Position numbers and translations under genes: made by a program | DNA from: Malacoraja senta | Lineage: Eukaryota | Length of the DNA stretch: 20,000 nt | Direction: 5' to 3' | NCBI GenBank assembly: GCA_038087875.1 | Contig: JAXLNO010000471.1 | Coordinates: 45,481-65,480 of the forward strand | The notes under the pieces: generated by a model | Databases searched by the model: none | Seen by the model: only the letters and a program-made list of their open reading frames with translations | What the model was told of the DNA's origin: nothing | Part shown: in pieces, positions 19,861 through 20,000 of the stretch | How the letters are laid out: each line of letters starts with the position of its first letter | Position numbering within the stretch: position 1 is the stretch's first letter

Positions 19861-20000
19861 GGGCGGCACAGTGGCGCAGTGGTAGTGTTGCTGCCTTACG
19901 GAGCCAGAGTCCCAGGTTCGAAGGTACACAAAAATGCTGGAGAAACTCAGCGGGTGCAGCAGCATCTATGGAGCGAAGGAAATAGGTGGATCCTGACTAC
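19861..20000 (+). mobile_element. V-SINE head interrupted in its B box by a Penelope-type fragment (copy E, 19922-19988)
   Basis: gggcggcacagtggcgcagtggtag..cccaggttcGA [67-bp insert] GAtcctgactac. Runs off the end of the window. Confidence 0.85.

Noticed and set aside
19861..19921. tRNA gene
   Set aside because: It is a tRNA-derived SINE head matching those at 8707 and 15780, and it has no complete cloverleaf.
1..20000. CRISPR array, operon or prokaryotic defence system
   Set aside because: No regularly spaced repeat-spacer array and no gene-dense coding. The content is vertebrate interspersed repeats.

Overview
This is repeat-dense, mostly non-coding vertebrate DNA. The repeats (HE1/V-SINE-like SINEs, CR1/HER1-like LINEs, Rex1/Babar LINEs, Penelope-type terminal repeats) point to a cartilaginous fish, probably a skate or ray (inference). 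I cannot support any host protein-coding gene, and every recognisable ORF is a retrotransposon ORF2 remnant. The most notable structures are: (1) short Penelope-type repeats with a minimal hammerhead-ribozyme-like core, including one copy that stops within 1 nt of the predicted self-cleavage site; (2) a 199-bp, 1-mismatch direct duplication flanking a poly(A)-tailed insert, plus an older ~95-bp case; (3) a 1.73-kb non-autonomous hAT-type element with 14-bp TIRs, an 8-bp TSD and a doubled right end, nested with an L1 fragment in one CR1; (4) unrelated GC-rich non-coding elements sharing a Rex1/Babar 3' hairpin with compensatory changes. Family names come from motif recognition, not a database search. 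Boundaries are approximate unless a TSD or TIR is given.
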